From Kiritimatiellia bacterium (GTDB lineage Bacteria > Verrucomicrobiota > Kiritimatiellia > RFP12 > UBA1067): a DNA stretch of 44,113 nt. The stretch spans positions 1 to 44,113 of the forward strand of contig JAGCMU010000061.1 of assembly GCA_017646325.1 (NCBI GenBank), given 5' to 3'. A model generated the notes under the pieces. It was not told the origin of the DNA. It made no database searches and saw only the letters and a list, made by a program, of their open reading frames with translations. Both the position numbers and the translations under genes were made by a program. This document shows, piece after piece, positions 43,755 to 44,113 of this stretch (the stretch's first letter is position 1; each line of letters begins with the position of its first letter).

Positions 43755-44113
43755 ATGGCACAAGTAATTTCGACGGAAAACGCTCCAAAGGCATTGGGGC
43801 CTTACTCTCAGGCATTGAAGGTTGGAAATTTCATTTTTTGTTCAGGTCAAATTCCAATCGACCCAGCAGTAAACGATGTTGTTGCCATAACCGTAGAAGA
43901 TCAGACTCGTCAGGTTATAAAGAATCTTTCCAATGTTCTTGAAGCTGCCGGATCTTCCTTGTCAAAGGTTGTGAAGACGACTGTGTTTATTTCAGATATG
44001 AATGACTTTGCTGCAATCAACGGCGTTTATTCCGAATTGTTCGGCGATACGAAACCTGCACGCTCTTGCGTTCAGGTTGCACGTCTGCCAAAAGACGTAA
44101 AGCTTGAGATTGA
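43755..44113 (+). CDS. ridA: RidA (YjgF/YER057c/UK114) enamine/imine deaminase, 3'-truncated
   Basis: MAQVISTENAPKALGPYSQA...SGQIPIDP...KPARSCVQVARLPK; AGGAG RBS; runs off the window end. Confidence 0.92.
   Translation, partial: MAQVISTENAPKALGPYSQALKVGNFIFCSGQIPIDPAVNDVVAITVEDQTRQVIKNLSNVLEAAGSSLSKVVKTTVFISDMNDFAAINGVYSELFGDTKPARSCVQVARLPKDVKLEI

Overview
A core-genome stretch of a diderm bacterium. The DUF4838/CE15/beta-helix glycan genes, the rpoZ-smpB-smc order and the protein styles suggest the PVC superphylum (Kiritimatiellae/Lentisphaerae-like); this placement is inference. From left to right: the end of a secreted glycan-processing cluster; a convergent glycyl-radical-activase-like radical SAM gene; rpoZ-smpB-smc; TPR lipoprotein, cvpA, ECF sigma, permease and uppP; grpE-dnaJ-rsmE; a long minus-strand operon (mraY, secreted hypothetical, argH, exbB/exbD-like, multiheme cytochrome c, apbE, acyl-CoA ligase, membrane protein); feoA-feoB plus a beta-barrel; argG; an orphan sugar permease; Sel1-ilvB-ilvN-lipoprotein-aroE; a GDPD; and rpmH-rnpA-yidD-yidC-ridA. 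I saw no mobile element, CRISPR array, tRNA or rRNA. The most notable signals are: (1) a ~220-nt multi-stem ncRNA candidate at 18660-18878 (minus) with its own promoter and terminator, matching no family I recognise; (2) a twin-arginine-like signal on an orphan GRE activase; (3) a 7-heme cytochrome c fused to a His-bearing membrane domain next to a signal-less ApbE; (4) a rod-like RNA structure after smc beside a helically phased TGTAAAAT array.
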